This document shows, piece by piece, positions 36,887-48,821 of a stretch of DNA of 64,000 nucleotides. The position numbers and the translations under genes are program-made. Origin of the DNA: Minutocellus sp. GHC0000111 (Eukaryota); the NCBI GenBank assembly GCA_977018835.1, contig OZ361259.1, forward strand, positions 3,906,001-3,970,000, written 5' to 3'. The notes under the pieces were generated by a model. It was given only the letters and a program-made list of their open reading frames with translations. It was not told the DNA's origin and did no database searches. The stretch's first letter is position 1, and every line of letters begins with the position of its first letter.

Positions 36887-37092
36887 ACAGTATGTCAGGT
36901 TAAAAGCTTCTTAGATACTCCTCAAGTGACTATCTCATTGATTTCCCGCAAGTTTTTGCATGCAGCAGAGCAGCAGAACCACGCCGCGCCGTACTTAGCA
37001 CGAGGTTCGTACCGATGCGAAGCCGTGAGCGGATGAGCGCCATGAGTTCTGCTCATGCTCAGTCTTACGGCAAAACGACACGCCATCTATCG

Positions 37093-39011
37093 GTTCAGTT
37101 CAGTTCAGTTCATATAATTACTTTAGAATCTAATCTAACTGGTTGGGCACCTTTATAGGTCACTGCTCTTGAAGCTCTAGGATGAACCATAAACAAGCTA
37201 ACTGTGGCGTCCAACATATACGTTGGGGTCACAGCCGAGGAAATGACAGTTGTAGAGCAGTCTCTGCTGCACAACTTGTTGTGTGGAGAATAAGATCGAA
37301 TCGCAGGGGTACTGTGAAACATGGGAAGTACTGGTAGACCAGGGGACCGTAATCATTCGTCCTCCTGATCGATAGCCAGAAGCTCCTTTTGAGGGGAGCG
37401 GTCGGTAGTGCGGAGTGGTGGAGGTGTCTTGGACCGCCGAAGACGGGCCAACAAACCCCCATTGATGAAACGGCGTCGATAGAAGCCGCGGATGGCTGTA
37501 GGGGCCTGGGAACCAAGGACATACTCGCGGCCTAGGTGGATCTTGTCCAACCAGGCAAGTTTGGCCTCGATCGGTCGTCGCAGCAGATGATGGAGGGGGC
37601 ATTCGAGGAGAGGAAGCAATTCTCTCGGCACGTAGTCCGAGCCTTGAGCCACCAGTTGCTGGATGTGTCGATCCAGCTGCAACTGCAGCCCCAAAGCTTC
37701 CTCGTCGTGCCCCGATTTGATCTGGAAGTTTCGGAACATCCACGTGTCCCACGCCGTGTTCCAGAGCTTCTTGATCAGCTCAGTCACCCACCGTCGGCCT
37801 GAACGCAAGCTGCCTTGGGCCTGGAAGTGGTCTGCCTGAACACGTTCCCACTCTCGGGAGTGAAACCCCATTAGCATTGCGCCCCATCCTATCGAGGTCT
37901 GATCTCGAGCAGCGACCTGTAGAGCTGGCGATCGGGCCGACCGCCGAGGCACATCAGCGTCCCGACGGTGTGGCTGTCGTCGCCACTGCGACAGCCCCTC
38001 CAGTATCGTCGCCATCAATCCAGGAGCCGCGCCCGATTTTCGTCCCCATTGTCGGAGCACAGCCGAGCACTCTTCAAAGCGGGGGTCACCGAACCTGCAG
38101 CTGAGGACGTGGTCAGGTGTTTCTACCTCCTCGTTGCACCGAGGGCACAGCTCGGAGTCCACCTGATCTCGTTGCTTGAGCCGTGCCTGGACAGCACAGT
38201 GACCGCTCACAAACTTCGTGACCCACGCCCTCTTGCTCATTGATAGGGTCGAGCGGGCAGATCCGACAGCGTCCCAATGTTCCTGGCCGGCGTCGCCGTC
38301 GAGTCCGGCGTCGCCGTCGAGTCCGGCGGCCTCCTGCCCGCCTCCAACGATAGGGCCCTTAGCCTTGGCGCTAGGTAGGCTTCCCATCTTCGTTTTCTTC
38401 ACGTTCCTCAGCGGCCTTGGCCTTGGCCTCGGCCTCGGCCTGGGCCTCGGCCACCGCCGCCTCCAGGGCATCCTCCTCGGTATCGTACTGGAGGAACGAC
38501 TTGGGGGTTCCCTGAGTCTTTTCCTCCGCCACGTCGCCGAATAGCACCTTGCTTTTGCACTAGCAAGATCGTTGTGGCCTAGAGGGGTCGGCCCCGGGCC
38601 GGAACCCCCGGACCCACCCGTGAGGTCGGTGATGAGGGCGGTAGTGGCCGTGGTCTCGACGTCCTTGTGGGTGGCCATCTCCTTAGCCTTGGTGGTGGCA
38701 TGGGAGACCGGAGTGACCTTCTGATCTTGTGGCGTTTGGCACTTGCTTGACTGGGGTACCTGGAGTGCCAGCCAGCGTGGCCTCCGGTACCTTGGCATTG
38801 GCCTTCGAGCCACGCTTGGCAGCGTTCCTGGACGATTTCTCGTCCTTCGAGCGAGCGCCAGCTCCCCCGCGCACACGGCCGGACCTGGTCGTGGTGGAGA
38901 AGTTGTTGCTGATACGGTAACTAGTAGAGCTAGCTGTCTTCATGGTAAAAAGTAGAAAGTTAGTTGAATAGGTTATGAGTCCACACCTTACTGGAAAAAT
39001 CCGAAGTTGTG
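37093..39011 (-). mobile_element. Internally deleted non-LTR retrotransposon (LINE derivative), 1919 bp
   Basis: Perfect 18-bp TSD ACGACACGCCATCTATCG at 37075-37092 and 39012-39029; 3' tail (TGAAC)4. Encodes the LINE C-terminal CCHC knuckle (CPRCNEEVETPDHVLSC) and QTSIGW...LIKKLWNTAWDTWMFRN, but no RT or endonuclease motifs. Confidence 0.9.
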
Positions 39012-39159
39012 ACGACACGCCATCTATCGTTCCAAGCCAAGTTCCGTCACAATACCCAACTCGTTCTTCCAATTATCGAGATTAGCCAGAATCCATCGGT
39101 AGTTGCCAGCCTGAACTAAGCCGAAACGATACCACTGCCTCTGAATCTACCAATAACAC

Positions 39160-40986
39160 ATGGCGCCGACTACCAAGCTGCAGCTATGTCTGTCGGCATC
39201 GAATCTCCCAAGGACATCAAAGAAACTTGCCTCACCTCATGTACGAGCAAAGGTATGGCGGGTTGGTACTAGTAGTGGTTCGCCCAACCTCATGATGACG
39301 CTCGGAACAACGGAGGTGATCAAGAGTTGCCACCCACGCTGGTGCAAGATATTTTACCTGACCTACGAATTTGGACCAGTGTGCAATTTTTGTGTAGATT
39401 TAATCCAGGGGACCGATGACGAGAGTAGCAAATCGATTGGTGTCGCACATTTCGAAATCGGTGACATCATCGGCAGCCGCAACAAGACCAAGGTGAAACG
39501 ATTGCGAAAGGGTGGATGTATATTTGCCACTATTGAACAGAGCACTGACGACGGAAGCGGTGGTCGAGTAGTCTTCCAATTATCCGCACTACGGCTCGAT
39601 TGCAAGCAGGGGATGCTTTCGCGCAGCGAGCCTTCCACCTTCTTTGAGATTGCTCGAGAAACGAATACTCCAGCTGGGAATAAATTTGTAGCAGTTTATC
39701 GAAGCCAACCGGTGTTGGAAAGCTGCCGGCCTTGTTGGGATCGAGCTGAAATAGACATGGCAAGTTTTTGCAATGGTGATGCCGACCGACCGTTGAAGGT
39801 ATCGGTGTATGTGCACAAGAAACGAGGGAATCACGTTCTTCTCGGCTCTTTTGAGACGATACTGAATGTCATGATTGCCAAGGCCGAAAGTCGCAAAAGT
39901 GTGTCGGAAAGAGATGGGTACAGCTCTAACAACACCGGGACATACAATCTTCAAAGGCCAGGGAACGAATCAAATGAACCATCTGGCATCATAGCCGTGT
40001 TGGAGGGGTCAATCATTCCTGAGGATGAATCCATCAATGCCAATGGTGGTGCCACTCCGTGCAGTATTTTGAGACCTCCACCAATCAAGACACGGCTTGG
40101 ATCGACAGGCAGTGTTATGACTGCAAGTAGTGACTACAGTGAGTATGGGGTTGATTCGCCAGGCAGCTGCACGAGCGTCACAATCGATATGGAGACACTG
40201 TGCCTCATCAGTCCACCCAGAGAATCCAGTGTCGGTTCTTCATGCAGTCTTTCATCGCCTCGTCAGAGCCAATGTTCTTTTTCAGATTACGTTCATGTCG
40301 GCTTGGATATCGATCTTTATGTTGCGATTGATTTCACTTCGTCCAATGGCGATCCTCGAGTGCCTGGCACGCTGCATTACAGAGAAGAAGAAGGTTTGAA
40401 TGACTACGAGGAAACCATCGTGTCCGTTGGAAAGGCAATCGCTCGATACAGTGCACGACAAGAGTTTTCTGTCTGGGGATTCGGAGCAAAGTATTCCGGA
40501 ATTGTTCGACACATCTTTCAGTTGGGAGCTCACGCAACCGCAAAAGGAATCGATGGTGTGCTGGATGCGTACAAGTCAGTCTTTCTCACAGACCTGACCA
40601 TGTCGGGACCGACAGATATCACTTCGGTGGTCAAAGCAGCCGCATCCCGTGCTAAGAAATTTGAAGATGGGAGCCTTCAATATGGAGTTTTGCTAGTGCT
40701 AACTGACGGGATCGTCAGTGATGCGGATACAACAAAAGCACTGCTCCATGCCATTTCTGACCTTCCCCTCACAGTTTTGATGATAGGAATCGGTGCTGCT
40801 GATTTTACTCGCATGAATGAGATCGTTGAATACTCAAATTCCACCTCGCGAAACAATGTAAGTTTTGTTTCATATCGAGAACACCAAGATGATCCCAGGG
40901 CTCTCTCAACAGCGGCCTTGAGGGATATTCCGAACCATATTGTGGACTATTTCGCCGGAAAGGGGATATCACCTACCAAAGCATAG
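39160..40986 (+). CDS. Copine (C2-C2-vWA)
   Basis: LGTTEVI, VYRSQPV, VAIDFTSSNGDP, VWGFGAK, SGPT, LLVLTDG and IGIGAADF motifs. Confidence 0.93.
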   Translation: MAPTTKLQLCLSASNLPRTSKKLASPHVRAKVWRVGTSSGSPNLMMTLGTTEVIKSCHPRWCKIFYLTYEFGPVCNFCVDLIQGTDDESSKSIGVAHFEIGDIIGSRNKTKVKRLRKGGCIFATIEQSTDDGSGGRVVFQLSALRLDCKQGMLSRSEPSTFFEIARETNTPAGNKFVAVYRSQPVLESCRPCWDRAEIDMASFCNGDADRPLKVSVYVHKKRGNHVLLGSFETILNVMIAKAESRKSVSERDGYSSNNTGTYNLQRPGNESNEPSGIIAVLEGSIIPEDESINANGGATPCSILRPPPIKTRLGSTGSVMTASSDYSEYGVDSPGSCTSVTIDMETLCLISPPRESSVGSSCSLSSPRQSQCSFSDYVHVGLDIDLYVAIDFTSSNGDPRVPGTLHYREEEGLNDYEETIVSVGKAIARYSARQEFSVWGFGAKYSGIVRHIFQLGAHATAKGIDGVLDAYKSVFLTDLTMSGPTDITSVVKAAASRAKKFEDGSLQYGVLLVLTDGIVSDADTTKALLHAISDLPLTVLMIGIGAADFTRMNEIVEYSNSTSRNNVSFVSYREHQDDPRALSTAALRDIPNHIVDYFAGKGISPTKA

Positions 40987-41097
40987 CATAAAATGCATGT
41001 AGCTACCTACTAGCTAGGTACTCTTTTTGTTCTTATCTTATCTATTCCTATCAAATATATATGAAATACAATATGAAACGTAATTTTCTTTTTGTGC

Positions 41098-42024
41098 CTA
41101 CTCGTTGGTCGCTGCATTGATGTTCGCGGAAGAATCGCCGATGACACGAACAGCCGTGGCCCGAATGCTACTGATACCAGAACTGCCCTCGGCGGCCCTA
41201 GGTTCAATCTCTCTAATAGCGTCGGCTGCGCTCTCGTTGGAGTATACTACGCGCATTAGCCCCGGGAAGTAGTTATCAATGGTGGATAGAGGTTTCACCC
41301 AAAGAAGCTTGATCATTTCATCGGATACCTTTCCCTCGGGAAACTCAATGGACGACTTGAATCTGACCTCTCCATCGCGGAAGTCCATCTCGAAGTTACC
41401 AGCAATAATCCCGTAGTTAGCTCGAGTAATGTACTCACAGGCCTGCATCCGTTTGTCCTCGGGGATTTTAATAGGGCTCATAACGTAGACAATGATACAG
41501 TCCTTCTCATCCTTGGCATCGAAAAAGATGTTGTAGTTGGCGTTGTTACCAGCGAAGCAAAGCTTGATGACATTGTCATCTCGGTGTCCCTCGAAGTGGA
41601 GATCCTCTGAATTGAGATGATCGACAACCCTATCGTAGAGCATATGGCTGACTGGGCCTTGAAGCTGGGAGAGAAGTCCTGCAAGCCCAACATCGGGCGA
41701 AGAGGAGTGTTCAGATTCTTCTCCTACATTGGCTCGGTCGTCATCGTTGGTTTCAGCGTTCGATTCTTCTTCTACATTGGCTCGGTCGTCGTCGTTGGCC
41801 TCAGCGGTCGATTCGGACGACGACGAGTGCTCAGATGCAGCTACGACTGAATGAGGAGGGGATCGAGCTTGGTTTGCCATCACCAATCGAAGCATGTCAC
41901 GAAAGTTCGCGGCGTGCGCGGGCTTGCCGTCACCCTCCTCAGGAAGGCTCATGGACGACGTTGACTTTTGCATGATGATCGTTGGTTTCTTCGAAGTTGT
42001 TGCTGTGGTGCACGTGTTACCCAT
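41098..42024 (-). CDS. YbjN-domain protein with an N-terminal MGNTC (possible acylation signal)
   Basis: KIPEDKRMQACEYITRANYGIIAGNFEMDFRDGEVRFK. Contains an internal 48-nt tandem duplication (NDDDRANVxEES twice). Confidence 0.8.
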   Translation of the reverse strand: MGNTCTTATTSKKPTIIMQKSTSSMSLPEEGDGKPAHAANFRDMLRLVMANQARSPPHSVVAASEHSSSSESTAEANDDDRANVEEESNAETNDDDRANVGEESEHSSSPDVGLAGLLSQLQGPVSHMLYDRVVDHLNSEDLHFEGHRDDNVIKLCFAGNNANYNIFFDAKDEKDCIIVYVMSPIKIPEDKRMQACEYITRANYGIIAGNFEMDFRDGEVRFKSSIEFPEGKVSDEMIKLLWVKPLSTIDNYFPGLMRVVYSNESAADAIREIEPRAAEGSSGISSIRATAVRVIGDSSANINAATNE

Positions 42025-42329
42025 GCGATTGTGTATCTTCAGATATTATCAATGAGAACTTTTGGTTTGTGTTGATTTATGAGCTGAAAGAAAGGCTCTG
42101 ATGGTGGGGACGTGCATCTCTCCAAGACCAAGACGTGCTCTTGGCTTCGCATCGTCAACCCTGACTGAAAGACGCGACGCGGCTGCAAGCAGGTTTGAAT
42201 TTTTGAATGCTGTCGACGTAGGCCTACGTAGTCTACGAAGCACGTACAGTACGACACGGACGAAGTCTGATCTCTCACAAAAATGGAAGCGAGAGGAAGA
42301 CTGAAGAGCTCCCACCCAATCCGCCTATC

Positions 42330-42764
42330 ATGAGCACCGACCCGACCTCCTCCATCCCCGTGATGCGCGCCCCCGCCGACGTGATGTCGAAGGGACCCAA
42401 CGGCGCCAACCTCGCCGCGTCCGCCCGGCGGACCCACCCCGTCGATCGGATGCAGCGGGTGTCGGGTTCGTCCAACCCCCTTGACCTCGATGCCATCCGC
42501 CGCCTGTACGGCTCCGCCCTGGCCATGCGCCTTGCCACCGAGCGTCGCCTGGCCTCCCAGGTCGGCGGCCGCCTCCCCGGCATGGACGCCGCCCCGGACT
42601 CTCATGCCATGCTCGATGCCCTCACCGGGGATGACCTTACCCTCGATTTCGGGGATGTCCTGAACCTGTCGGAGAACCGCCCCGAGGATACCCTCCGCAG
42701 AGCGGCCGGTGGACCTGTCGTCGAGGCCGGACCTCACGCCATGGAGGCCAAGCTTGGATTGTAA
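42330..42764 (+). CDS. UMP1: Proteasome maturation factor UMP1/POMP
   Basis: HPV...IRRLYGSALAMRLATE...RLPG...LDALTGDDLTLDFGDVLN...PHAMEAKLGL. Confidence 0.9.
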   Translation: MSTDPTSSIPVMRAPADVMSKGPNGANLAASARRTHPVDRMQRVSGSSNPLDLDAIRRLYGSALAMRLATERRLASQVGGRLPGMDAAPDSHAMLDALTGDDLTLDFGDVLNLSENRPEDTLRRAAGGPVVEAGPHAMEAKLGL

Positions 42765-43588
42765 AGTGGTTGTGGGTGTTTTTCATTATATGTGATATTT
42801 TTCGGCATGAGCGTGTGGGGGGTGCTGTCTGATGCACCAACGCATCCGGCGTCGGCCGGTCGGATGGTCGGCCAATTGATCTTGGCTTTTGCAGAAGTGC
42901 AAATATTCATACATGGCGCATGTCAAGAGCATAGAAGCGATTGGAACGCCAGGGTGTAGAAGAATCCACCCGATCTCTGCCTGATAAAACATAAATGAAA
43001 CATTTTGGGAACGCGATTAGAACTTTCTACACATGTACTGGTTATTCAAACCTCTTGATGGGTGGGGCTTTACAATGCTGATATAAATATTTGTAAATTC
43101 AGACGTAGCATCCTTCTCCATAGCTCTCTTACTGCAGAGTACACCGCTTTTCTTTCTTGCGATTAGGTATGGGCATGATACCGGTGTGAATCGATGTTCA
43201 ATAACCTCTACATACTTTAAATTAGAGGGGGAATCCAAGTTTTTATAACAATGGCAGTCACCAGCCAGATTCCTGATCCCCTAATACGTAAATAAAGGGG
43301 GCTGCCTTTTATTCTATTTTTTTTTCTGATCGAAAGGCGGCCATGCTTGCTACATGGGAGGTACTGTATCAACCAATACGGTAATACAAATTCGCCGAAG
43401 AGGCGGCAAAAATTCTCTAGATATGATCAGATCTTCTATACGTTAACATTCGATTTCTATTTCAACCCCGAATCGGTTTTGTTTTATTCACTTTCATTTG
43501 ATCTTTGGTTTTATTGTCTTCACATCGAATTATTTCAACATCACAAATACAAACGATCATCAGGCACGTTCGTGCTGCAATCCTTGAT

Positions 43589-44311
43589 CTACTCAGCAGA
43601 CTCATACGTTTTGAGTATCGACCTGAGTTCTTCAACTCCATGGGTCATGCCGAAACGCTCCGCCCTCTGAAGGCGCTTCACGACCTCCTCCTTGCTGGGC
43701 TTTGCGTACGTTTGCTTCATGTTCTTCGGCTTGGTCGGAGTTGCCTTCTTGAAGTGCACCGTCTTCTTGTGGGGGCGATGCTTCTTGCCATTCTTGGGAC
43801 TCTGTCCAATGTCGGTCTTGTCATGCAAGAACTTGCAGTGCGACCCAAACTTGCAGTGGCCACGGGCAAAGAATTTGCACCGACGGACGGACATGGCAGC
43901 GACTGGTTTGCCGTTGGGAGTCTGCTTCTTTTTCTTGGCCGGTGTATGGCCAGCATCCTTGGTATTCATGGCGGTCTCCTCGCGCTCTTCGGTGGCATCA
44001 CTGGTATCTTGAACGCCGGGCATGTCCAACTCCTCCTTCATTTCGACATCTTCTTCTTGGACCGTTGCGTCTGCATCATCGCCGTCGCGAATCTCCTTCT
44101 CGGCAGAAAGTTCGGCTGAAGGAATGCCAGCCGCGGCAACGGCGGCATCGTCGACAGCTGGCACTTCCGTAGACTCCACGACGCCAAATTCCTCCTCGTC
44201 CGGGCGGGCCTGAAGTCTACTGACGAGATCGGCCTTGAGACCGTCGGTTGGGAGTCCCCGCTTGGACAACTCCTCGCGGAGCTCGGCTACTTTCAGCTTC
44301 TTGATGTTCAT
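43589..44311 (-). CDS. SAP domain + CCCH zinc finger protein, SARNP/Tho1-like
   Basis: [49 protein letters not shown] and C-terminal [10 protein letters not shown]. Confidence 0.8.
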   Translation of the reverse strand: MNIKKLKVAELREELSKRGLPTDGLKADLVSRLQARPDEEEFGVVESTEVPAVDDAAVAAAGIPSAELSAEKEIRDGDDADATVQEEDVEMKEELDMPGVQDTSDATEEREETAMNTKDAGHTPAKKKKQTPNGKPVAAMSVRRCKFFARGHCKFGSHCKFLHDKTDIGQSPKNGKKHRPHKKTVHFKKATPTKPKNMKQTYAKPSKEEVVKRLQRAERFGMTHGVEELRSILKTYESAE

Positions 44312-44800
44312 ATTTCAATATTGGAAACGTGTCTGTGTTTGATGCGTTGGGGGAGATGCGACTTTGAATGGGAAAATCGTTTTGGCTTTGCTCTGTGCAG
44401 AGAAGAACAGTGATTAAGAGGATGTGTAGCGCGTAGAATGCAATGGCAAATGCGGTATTATTGCTCTGGTATCTCTCCTCGATCGTGCACCTTTGACGAC
44501 GTCAAGGGCCTCCATCGCCGAACGCTTTGCAACTCACTTCAGATGATTCATTCGACTCTTTGGTATTTTAGTCGAATAAGTCGAAGTTGAGGGGACCACA
44601 CGCCACAAACATGCTCGGTCAGTTCGGGCGGGCGTATGAACGAGAAGGAATCCTACTAGCTAGAGTACCTGTTGTATTGTGGAGTGACCTCTTTGCACCT
44701 GACCCCCAGTAGCAGACACCAACACAACGCTTAACAGGTCTCACTACGATCGTATTCATTTCGAGAAAAAAGCGGCACTTAATTGACCACTACACACAGA

Positions 44801-46756
44801 ATGCCCGCCTCCCAAAGACGAAGAGGACGGCACCACCAGCCCATCCCCACGGCCATCCTCCTTCGGAATGCCATCCTGCCACCCTCCTCATCGGATGGCG
44901 ATCATGTGCACACGCCCTTGGTGGCAGAGGACCGGTCGGGTCGGCGGAGAAGACCGGCCAGCCGCAGCAACGCCGATCATGGCACAGTAGGTCTGCTGCC
45001 CCCTCCGTCCTCACTGCGGTTGGAGCTGGTAGCTGATCGCGCCGCCCTTTCCGAGGATATGCTGCATAAATTGGACCAAGTTGAAGGTAGAGGCGACGAC
45101 GACGAGATCATACTGCACACATCGGCGCTGCCGTTTACCTCGGCCTCATCGCCGGTGCTTCATCCGCAGTGGTATCATCTGGACGAGAAGGTTGCCCTTC
45201 TGGAACACGCACGGCAACGATGGGACGCCAAATGCGATGCTGGTACTACTGGCATCGATGCCGTAACCTGGGAAACAATCTACAAAAGTTTAAGAGCAAG
45301 GATCGTGATGCAATTATCGGAGAGTTGTACAAGTGTTGATGGTTTGGATGGACGTGATGGACCAGCATCAGACTCGACAGTTGTAGTCCTTGCGAAGTTG
45401 CCACTCTACCCTACCGATTTACGGCGGCTGCCCCGAAGTACACCTGGTGGTGATGCAATCGACGAGGAAGGTGGCGATGCCTTTCATGAAGACCAGAACT
45501 CTCCCCGCAACAGCGCGTCAGCCGATTCGGTGACCAACATTGTCGCCCCCCCGGCACTGCCTCCGAACGCACTCCTCGTACATTATTCGGATGGCAAGAC
45601 ACGGATCGACCCCAATCTTTACCAACGATTGGTGAAGGCGGGCGTTGTGAGTGAGGTCAAATCGAGTGTGTTTGGGCGAAAGCGCGTTGATAGTGGTGTT
45701 CTGGAAGATCAGATTAGAGAAGATCGAAAGGCGAGGCGATTTGACGACGATCTCTTTGATATGTTGGGTGGCAAAGACATTGATGGCGGCGATGCCAAAG
45801 AGGGTGTTTCTTCACACCAAGAGAGCGGACTCACCCACACCGATTCTGACAAAAGTAAGGACTCAGCCCGAGACAATAATACCTCTTTCAAAGATGACGC
45901 ATTTGATCTCCTTGGCGGAGGGGGCCATATGCACGAAGAATCGACGCCTATGCCTTCTGTTCCGACCAACACCCAGAACTATGATTCAACTACTATTGAC
46001 AATGGGTTTGCAGTGCCGAATTCTGAATCTCTCCCTCCACCAGAGACACGTTTTGAAGTCATAGATAGTCCTCGTGCAATACCAACACTGCCCACTTCAG
46101 ATGATGCTGAAATTGAAGAGATCACAGCCGAAATATCAGAGCTGAGAACGATGCTTGCGAACGAGGAACAATGTCTTCAAGAGGAGCAAAGCAAGCTAGC
46201 CAATGCAGCGAGCGGATTGCACATGTTGGTCGAAGAGACAAAATACACCAAGTTGGAAACCGAAATGATGAACGAGGATGCCCTTGAGCAGGAGCATCTC
46301 CGAAATGAGGCACTCATCCTTCTCGAGGTAAGACGGGCCAAGGTACTGCGCGATTTGAGGCAGATATACCCCATCCAACGTCTGCCAGACAATGTTTACA
46401 CGATTGGTGGCCTGCATCTTCCATCCGATCTAAATAATCCAAATGTTCCCGACGCTGTCGTGTCGACTGCCCTGGGATATGTCTGCCATCTAGTTTACAT
46501 GTGCAGCAAGTATCTGCGCGCCCCTCTTCGATACCGGCTGTTTTGCAATTCCTCTCGATCCGCCGTCCAAGACGATGGAGTTGCAGTCTATCCCCTGTTT
46601 CGAGAGCGGGTGGTGGAGCAGGAGCAGTTTGATCGGGCCTGTACTCTCCTTAGTAGGAATGTAGAGTGTCTGCTGCGTGTTAGGTGCATCGTAGTTCCCA
46701 ACAACAGGCCGCACATTCTGGAGAAGGTGAATTTCCTCTTTGAGGAAGCCGACTGA
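44801..46756 (+). CDS. UVRAG: UVRAG/Vps38 (Atg14-family) class III PI3K subunit
   Basis: Coiled coil followed by LRQIYPI...YTIGGLHLP...STALGYVCHLV...SKYLRAPLRY...SRS...YPLF...FDRACTLLSRNV. Confidence 0.8.
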   Translation: MPASQRRRGRHHQPIPTAILLRNAILPPSSSDGDHVHTPLVAEDRSGRRRRPASRSNADHGTVGLLPPPSSLRLELVADRAALSEDMLHKLDQVEGRGDDDEIILHTSALPFTSASSPVLHPQWYHLDEKVALLEHARQRWDAKCDAGTTGIDAVTWETIYKSLRARIVMQLSESCTSVDGLDGRDGPASDSTVVVLAKLPLYPTDLRRLPRSTPGGDAIDEEGGDAFHEDQNSPRNSASADSVTNIVAPPALPPNALLVHYSDGKTRIDPNLYQRLVKAGVVSEVKSSVFGRKRVDSGVLEDQIREDRKARRFDDDLFDMLGGKDIDGGDAKEGVSSHQESGLTHTDSDKSKDSARDNNTSFKDDAFDLLGGGGHMHEESTPMPSVPTNTQNYDSTTIDNGFAVPNSESLPPPETRFEVIDSPRAIPTLPTSDDAEIEEITAEISELRTMLANEEQCLQEEQSKLANAASGLHMLVEETKYTKLETEMMNEDALEQEHLRNEALILLEVRRAKVLRDLRQIYPIQRLPDNVYTIGGLHLPSDLNNPNVPDAVVSTALGYVCHLVYMCSKYLRAPLRYRLFCNSSRSAVQDDGVAVYPLFRERVVEQEQFDRACTLLSRNVECLLRVRCIVVPNNRPHILEKVNFLFEEAD

Positions 46757-46921
46757 GCTGAATTTATTTGTCCACTGCCGGACTTATTTTGGAGTAAATG
46801 TGGCATAACACAATACTGCAGTAGAATCTTAGAGAAATACACTCTACATTTACGTTTTTACTACAATCCCCCATCCAAGTATAAGCTGCAGTGCGTAGTG
46901 CCACGTTGAAAACCTAACCAG

Positions 46922-47458
46922 CTACGAAGGCACCGCATAGAGACATTCTCCTTCGGCTCGTTCGGAGCTAAACGCTGTACGTGTAGTATCAACGCCCTCC
47001 CGTTGACTGGGTCTCCTGAATAGGCCAAGTCGTAGTGCTTCGTCATACGATGGCGGAGGTGGAGGCGCTTCCGCAGATGCTTCGGCGGCCTCATCATGAG
47101 GGCGGTTCTGATTGATGTCTGTGCTATCCTTAGAAAGCTCGACGACTTGCTCGTTGTCTTCTTCGTCAGCTACTCTCAGTCGCTTCCGTTTGGCCTCGCA
47201 ATCCTTGGGCCGGAAGGCACCGAAAAGCCGTGTCGGCTTTCGTGCAAAGAATGAGAAGCGGAAACGGACCCTTGTGTTATTGGACGATCTGCTGCTTCTA
47301 CTCCCGGAGCTGCCAGTGCTTGAGGTCTTGCAAGTACTGGCATCTGTTCGCTTCCGAATGAAAATCTCGCGAGGTATCGTCGAGGGAGAACCATCTTCGT
47401 CGTTCTGCCTGTAGTTCAGCCCCTCTGCTGGTCCCAACTGGCGTCGTGAATGAGACAT
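46922..47458 (-). CDS. Hypothetical protein with a PY motif (PPPPPSYDEAL)
   Basis: 178-aa ATG-initiated ORF, low complexity, with a PPxY motif. Confidence 0.5.
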   Translation of the reverse strand: MSHSRRQLGPAEGLNYRQNDEDGSPSTIPREIFIRKRTDASTCKTSSTGSSGSRSSRSSNNTRVRFRFSFFARKPTRLFGAFRPKDCEAKRKRLRVADEEDNEQVVELSKDSTDINQNRPHDEAAEASAEAPPPPPSYDEALRLGLFRRPSQREGVDTTRTAFSSERAEGECLYAVPS

Positions 47459-48821
47459 TATTGTGTACGAGTATGTGGCGGAGGCTTTGTGCTAGGTACT
47501 CCGTAGTTAGGCCCAGGATCGATGGCTGATGCGAAAGATGCGCAAGTTACACGGAAGTTAGATAGATAATCAATCGGATCCTGAAGATTAAAGTGTTGCA
47601 GTGTGTCAAGATCGGTCAATGCATATTCATTCATGGACTGGGGTTCATTTCCTCTAATTATTGTGTGTGGCGTTCCAGACCCCCGTGGCCCTTTTTATCC
47701 CTCGTAGCTAAGCACAAATAATAAACGAGCACGAGCAAACCGCACAGGCCGACTTATTTTGAAAGCAGGCGTCAAGGTTTCGAGAGTTATGTGGCGCTCT
47801 CTGTGGAACAAATTTAAATGAATCGGTGCCTCGGTAAATGAACGGGGATATTCCTTTATTTTGTGTTACGAAGCTGATGCATTGTGTTGGGCGGCCTGCA
47901 AAATCACGAGCAGCAGCAGCACGGCACCACACCTTTTGCTTGGCGATGGCTGCCGGCAAAGAAAGCCTCTCCCCCGAATGAAACCGAAGGAAAGAGGCTT
48001 TTGTGCGGCGTACGTATACGTACAGTAGTAGGAATATTTAGCCCTGCCTTCTTGGCTGGATGACTTACTTTCGAATGGGAACTACCGTATGGGAACACCA
48101 CTGCGACGGAAAGACGTATCCTAAGGTACTCTTATAACAGATTCGGGGTATAAGGGGGCATAAAAACCGTTCGCGATGGCGCCAAGCAAGAAGGCCATTC
48201 ATCACATGCATTTAGATGCGCGCCGTGTGAGGTTACATGTACGAGGTCGCGGACAGCAGTTTCAGGGACCCGGTTTTCGGGTCTTTGGGCAAAATCTCAT
48301 AAAAATCAGCACAAACGCACGCAGCAAGCAGCATTTGTTTGCTGTCGTCCTGCCTGTCTTCAAGATGGCGGTGACGGCAGTGCCGACGGCATCCGCTTCA
48401 CGCAAGGGACAAGCGTGGCATCTCCAGAACGGGTTGGTCCTTGACCTTGGACCGACTCGGAGACATCGATTTCATCTTCCCATGCCAGCGTCTGGCCGAT
48501 TCACCCCCCATCCATCGCCCCTCCCGACTTCTGCCAGTTTTTCCGATGACAACCGGTCACCTCCTCCACCTCCCGACCCCACCACCACCTCCCAAATGCA
48601 TTGATTCAAGCAGCCATGTGGTTTGAGCTCCGATATCGGTCTCCATGGTCCCCACAATGGCGCATCTCATGCGGTCCGGGTGACCCCGCGCCAAAATCGA
48701 GCGGGCCAAAAAAATCATCACCCGCCCGGCGCGCCCGCCACTCAATGAAACCTTCCTCATTTCCAACCCACCCGACACACAAACTGTTGCTCTGCTGCCA
48801 CAAAACACTGCATCCAACACC

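Noticed and set aside
42800..43560. AT-rich intergenic stretch with short ORFs; also 16380-16970 and 47500-48230
   Set aside because: No tRNA, snRNA, TIR or coding signal could be supported by eye.
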